This document shows, piece by piece, positions 7,726-11,020 of a stretch of DNA of 11,020 bases. Numbering within the stretch: the first letter of the stretch is position 1; every line of letters starts with the position of its first letter. The translations under genes and the position numbers were made by a program. Under the pieces are notes generated by a model. That model searched no databases and had not been told where the DNA came from. It saw only the letters and a list, made by a program, of their open reading frames with translations. The DNA comes from Candidatus Methylomirabilia bacterium (GTDB lineage: Bacteria; Methylomirabilota; Methylomirabilia; Rokubacteriales; CSP1-6), in NCBI GenBank assembly GCA_041496385.1, contig JBGQEL010000135.1, forward strand, positions 1-11,020, read 5' to 3'.

Positions 7726-8733
7726 CTACTTGACGCTCGCGACCTTGTCCCAGAGCTCGCCGTACTGCTGCTTGTACTGCGGCCAGATCTTTTCCTCGGC
7801 CAGCCTGCGGAACGAGGCCACGTCGGCGGCGTTCACCTTCATGCCCCGCGCCTCCAGGATCTCCTTGGCCTTGGCCAAATTATCCACGCTCTCCGTGAGC
7901 TCGCGGATCTTCTTCTGCGCCTCGCGTCCCACCTCCATGAACAGCCGCTGCTGCTCGGGCGTGAGACTCTTCCAGACCTCGAGGTTCATGACCGCGAGCG
8001 TCGGCCCATAGTTGTGAAAGGTCATGGAGACGTACTTCGTGACCTCGTAGACCTTGAGCGCGTTGATGTTGTAGATCGGCAGGTCGGCGCCGTCGATCAC
8101 GCCCTGCTGGGCCGCGGAGATGACCTCGCCCCAGGCCATCGGCACCGCGCTGGCGCCGAGCCCGTTCACCGTGTCGGCGAAGACGCGGCCCTGCTGCACG
8201 CGCATCTTCAGGCCCTTGAGGTCGGCGGGTGTGGTGATCGGGCGCTTGCTGTTCCAGAAGTGACGGAAGCCGTAGTCGTAGAAGAACAGGATCTTGACCT
8301 TGTACTTCTTCTGGAACGTCTCGTCGAGGCCCTGGCCGATCTCGCCGTTGAACATCGCGTAGGCGTGGTGATAGTCGCGCACGAGGTACGGCGTCAGGAA
8401 CACGCACATCTCGGGGAACACCGTGCAGGCCGCGCCCACCGGCGTGCCGATGGCGATGTTGCCCGACTTCACCGCGTCCATGATCTCGAGCTCCTTGCTG
8501 AGGAGCGTCCCGCCGTGGAACACCACGTTCAGCGAGCCGTTGGAGCGCCGGGTCACCTCGTCGGCCAGGTACTTGAAGCCGATCGCGCCCGACTCCGGCG
8601 GCGCGATGATGTGGGCGAAGTCGAGCTTTCGCGGGGCCGGCTTCGTCTGGCTCTGGACGGGGCTCCCGCTGCCGGCCAGGGTCAGCCCGACCAGCAGCGC
8701 GATGGACACGGCGTGGCGCGTGAATCGCTTCAT
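7726..8733 (-). CDS. dctP: TRAP transporter substrate-binding protein (DctP family)
   Basis: Sec-type signal peptide; motifs GFRHFWNSKRPITTPADLKGLKMRV, LGASAVPMAWGEV, QQGVIDG, KVYEVTKYVS. GAGGGGG precedes ATG 8733. Confidence 0.95.
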   Translation of the reverse strand: MKRFTRHAVSIALLVGLTLAGSGSPVQSQTKPAPRKLDFAHIIAPPESGAIGFKYLADEVTRRSNGSLNVVFHGGTLLSKELEIMDAVKSGNIAIGTPVGAACTVFPEMCVFLTPYLVRDYHHAYAMFNGEIGQGLDETFQKKYKVKILFFYDYGFRHFWNSKRPITTPADLKGLKMRVQQGRVFADTVNGLGASAVPMAWGEVISAAQQGVIDGADLPIYNINALKVYEVTKYVSMTFHNYGPTLAVMNLEVWKSLTPEQQRLFMEVGREAQKKIRELTESVDNLAKAKEILEARGMKVNAADVASFRRLAEEKIWPQYKQQYGELWDKVASVK

Positions 8734-8797
8734 GGTTCCCCCTCTCGATCGTGGGCGCGGATCGACCGGGGCCTAGTAGCGCGCGATTGGGCCGCGC

Positions 8798-8827
8798 TTG
8801 TCAAGCCGCTCCTTTCCGAGCTACCAT
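8798..8827 (+). promoter_or_regulatory. Putative sigma70 promoter for dctQM, overlapping an opposite-strand TTGACA
   Basis: TTGTCA (8798-8803), 18-nt spacer, TACCAT (8822-8827). The same bases read TTGACA on the minus strand (8804-8799), pointing at dctP. Confidence 0.5.
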
Positions 8828-8837
8828 CCGCGCGCTG

Positions 8838-9356
8838 GTGAGAACCTTCCTGCGCGGCCTCGCGTGGCTTCCCGACATCGTCGTCACCGCGCTCATGCTG
8901 GTGGCCATGATCGACATGCTGGTCGGCGTGTTCCTCCGCTACGTGGTGACGCAGATCTCGGCCACCTTCGATCTTCCGTCCGTCCGGTTCTTCTGGGTCG
9001 AGGAGATCGGCGAGTACGCTCTCGCCTGGCTCACGTTCATCGGCGCCGCCGTCGGGATCCGCCGCGGGACGCACTTCGCCGTGCAGATCGTCACGGAGCG
9101 GCTGCCCGCGAGACTCCGCCGGGCCATCCTCGCGGGTCACTACGTCCTGCTCGTGGGCTTCGGCGTGCTGCTGGCCGTCTTTGGCTGGCAGGTCAGCGAG
9201 CTCAACAGCCAGTCGTTCTCGCCGGCGCTCGACGTGAATCTCCGGTGGCTCTATCTCTCCGCGGTCGTCGGCGGCGTCCTGATCGCGCTCTACAGCGTCG
9301 CCGCCCTCGCGGACGTCTGGCAGGGGCGTGGCCCGCACGCCGAGGAGCGCCGCTGA
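8838..9356 (+). CDS. dctQ: TRAP transporter small permease (DctQ)
   Basis: About four hydrophobic segments; VFLRYV, FWVEEIGEYALAWLTFIGAAVGIRRGTHFAV, SPAL...WLYLS. Start placed at in-frame GTG 8838 downstream of the putative promoter (track start 8751); start uncertain. Confidence 0.9.
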   Translation: MRTFLRGLAWLPDIVVTALMLVAMIDMLVGVFLRYVVTQISATFDLPSVRFFWVEEIGEYALAWLTFIGAAVGIRRGTHFAVQIVTERLPARLRRAILAGHYVLLVGFGVLLAVFGWQVSELNSQSFSPALDVNLRWLYLSAVVGGVLIALYSVAALADVWQGRGPHAEERR

Positions 9357-9359
9357 GCC

Positions 9360-10643
9360 ATGCTCGCCGCCGTCGTGGCCGTCACGTTCCTGGGCCTGAC
9401 GTTCCTGTCGCTGCCCATCGTCTTCGCGCTCGGCCTGTCGGGCTTTGCCGGGCTGGTCATGGGCAACTTCTCGCTCCAGAAGCTGCCCTCGAGCCTCGTC
9501 GCGGGCTCGCAGAGCTGGGTCCTGCTCGCCATCCCCACGTTCGTCTTCGCCGGCAGCCTGATGGAGCGCTGCGGGATGTCCTACGCGCTGGTCAACCTCG
9601 CCCGCGCGATGGTGGGATGGGTGCGCGGCGGCCTCGGGATGTCGGTCGTCCTGGCCGAGTACTTCTTCTCCGGCATCTCGGGCTCGACGATCGCCGACGT
9701 CTCCGCGATCGGCGCCATGCTCACCCCGCCCATGCTGCGCGCGGGCTACAAGCCCGAGCACGCCGCCTCGCTGGTGGCCTCCGCGACCGCGATGGGCATT
9801 CTGGTGCCGCCCGCGATCTTCATGATCGTGCTCGGCCAGGTCACCGACACCTCGGTGGTGGCGATCTTCCTGGCGGGGTTCATCCCGGCGGCCGTGACCG
9901 CCGCCTGCCTGTTCGTCGTGATCTTCGTCCAGGCGCACCGCCTCGGCTGGCCGAAGGACGAGCGCCCGACGGCGGCGCAGTTCAAGGTGGCGGTGCGGGA
10001 GTCGCTCGTGCCGATGGTGGTGCCGATCGTCATCGTGGCGGGATTCTACTTCGGCGTGTTCACGGCGACCGAGGCGGGCGCGCTCGTGGCCGCCTACGCG
10101 GTCGGCGCCGCGGTCTTCTACTACAAGAACGTCACGCTCCGCGAGATGCTGCGGCTCGTCCACGAGAGCGCGCTGCTGACGGCCGCCGTGGTCTTCCTCC
10201 TCGCGGTGGCCAGCGTCTATCAGTTCCTCATGGGGATGCTCGGGGTGCCCGCCCTGCTGGGCGAGGTGCTCCGGCCGCTCCAGACGACGCCGTGGCTCTT
10301 CCTGCTCGCGGTGTCGGCCATCGTCGTGCTGTTCGGGATGGTCCTGGAAGGGCTGCCGGCCGCCGTCGTGCTCGTGCCGGTCGTCTTCCCCATCGCGAAG
10401 GCGATCGGCATTCACCCGATCCACTTCAACATCGTGCTGACGGCCGCGGTGGGGATCGGGCTCTTCCTGCCGCCCATCGGCGTCGGTCTGCTCATGGCGC
10501 TCCGCTTCGCCAACATCTCGGTCGGCCAACACTTCCCCAGCTACTGGCCGTATCTCGCGGCGCTGGCGGTCGGACTGATGATCCTGATCCTGTTCCCGGA
10601 GCTGACCCTCTTCCTTCCCCGGCGCGCGGGCCTGGTGCGCTGA
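9360..10643 (+). CDS. dctM: TRAP transporter large permease (DctM)
   Basis: 427-aa hydrophobic ORF with LLAIPTFVFAGSLM, FSGISGSTIAD, GILVPPAI, GVFTATEAG, GIHPIHF, GLFLPPIG; starts 3 nt after the dctQ stop. Confidence 0.95.
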   Translation: MLAAVVAVTFLGLTFLSLPIVFALGLSGFAGLVMGNFSLQKLPSSLVAGSQSWVLLAIPTFVFAGSLMERCGMSYALVNLARAMVGWVRGGLGMSVVLAEYFFSGISGSTIADVSAIGAMLTPPMLRAGYKPEHAASLVASATAMGILVPPAIFMIVLGQVTDTSVVAIFLAGFIPAAVTAACLFVVIFVQAHRLGWPKDERPTAAQFKVAVRESLVPMVVPIVIVAGFYFGVFTATEAGALVAAYAVGAAVFYYKNVTLREMLRLVHESALLTAAVVFLLAVASVYQFLMGMLGVPALLGEVLRPLQTTPWLFLLAVSAIVVLFGMVLEGLPAAVVLVPVVFPIAKAIGIHPIHFNIVLTAAVGIGLFLPPIGVGLLMALRFANISVGQHFPSYWPYLAALAVGLMILILFPELTLFLPRRAGLVR

Positions 10644-10652
10644 GCCGACGCG

Positions 10653-11020
10653 ATGGCTGACCGGAACGCCGCGTTCGTCGGAACGATCCCCGAGAACTAC
10701 GACCGATATCTCGGCCCCATCTTCTTCCATCACTACGCCGACGACCTGGCGGGCCGCCTCGTCGCGGCCCCGGGCCTGCGGGTCCTCGAGGTGGCCTGCG
10801 GGACCGGCCTGCTGACCCGGCGCGTGCTCGCCCGGATCCGCGGATCCGGATCGTCGATCGTGGCCACCGATCTGAACGAGGCGATGATCGAGTACGGCCG
10901 GGGCCAGGTTCCTCCGGAGCCCGGCCTCGAGTGGCGCCAGGCGGATGGGACACGCCTGCCGTTTCCCGATCGCGCGTTCGACGCCGTCGTCTGCCAGTTC
11001 GGTCTGATGTTCTTCCCCGA
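10653..11020 (+). CDS. Class I SAM-dependent methyltransferase, UbiE/Methyltransf_11-like (partial, runs off the right edge; absent from the ORF track)
   Basis: Manual translation from ATG 10653: MADRNAAFVGTIPENYDRYLGPIFF...RVLEVACGTG (motif I)...VATDLNEAMI...WRQADGTRLPFPDRAFDAVVCQFGLMFFP. Confidence 0.92.
   Translation, partial: MADRNAAFVGTIPENYDRYLGPIFFHHYADDLAGRLVAAPGLRVLEVACGTGLLTRRVLARIRGSGSSIVATDLNEAMIEYGRGQVPPEPGLEWRQADGTRLPFPDRAFDAVVCQFGLMFFP

Noticed and set aside
8730..10733. 667-aa minus-strand ORF and 620-aa ORF 8798..10660 over dctQM
   Set aside because: Antisense and frame-shifted shadows of the clearly recognisable dctQ and dctM genes.
1..11020. CRISPR arrays, IS elements, tRNA/rRNA genes or tandem repeats
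   Set aside because: None seen; nearly the whole window is accounted for by coding sequence and two short divergent promoter regions.

Overview
High-GC bacterial window containing two catabolic/transport modules and no mobile element, CRISPR array or RNA gene that I can see. (1) A minus-strand operon (4696 to beyond base 1) encodes a Tat-exported BMP-family binding protein, two ABC permeases, a cysteine hydrolase closely resembling biuret hydrolase (BiuH) and a CUT2-type ABC ATPase that runs off the left edge. It is preceded by a sigma54 -24/-12 motif and two NtrC-like 17-bp boxes, consistent with nitrogen-regulated biuret scavenging. (2) A D-2-hydroxyacid dehydrogenase (+) is followed by an unannotated ~130-bp remnant of a luciferase-like (LLM) oxidoreductase gene, a convergent ThDP enzyme (ALS/Xsc-like) downstream of TRAP dctP (-), and divergent dctQ-dctM plus a partial SAM-dependent methyltransferase (+). 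Family assignments come from motifs read by eye and from recalled sequences; no database searches were run.
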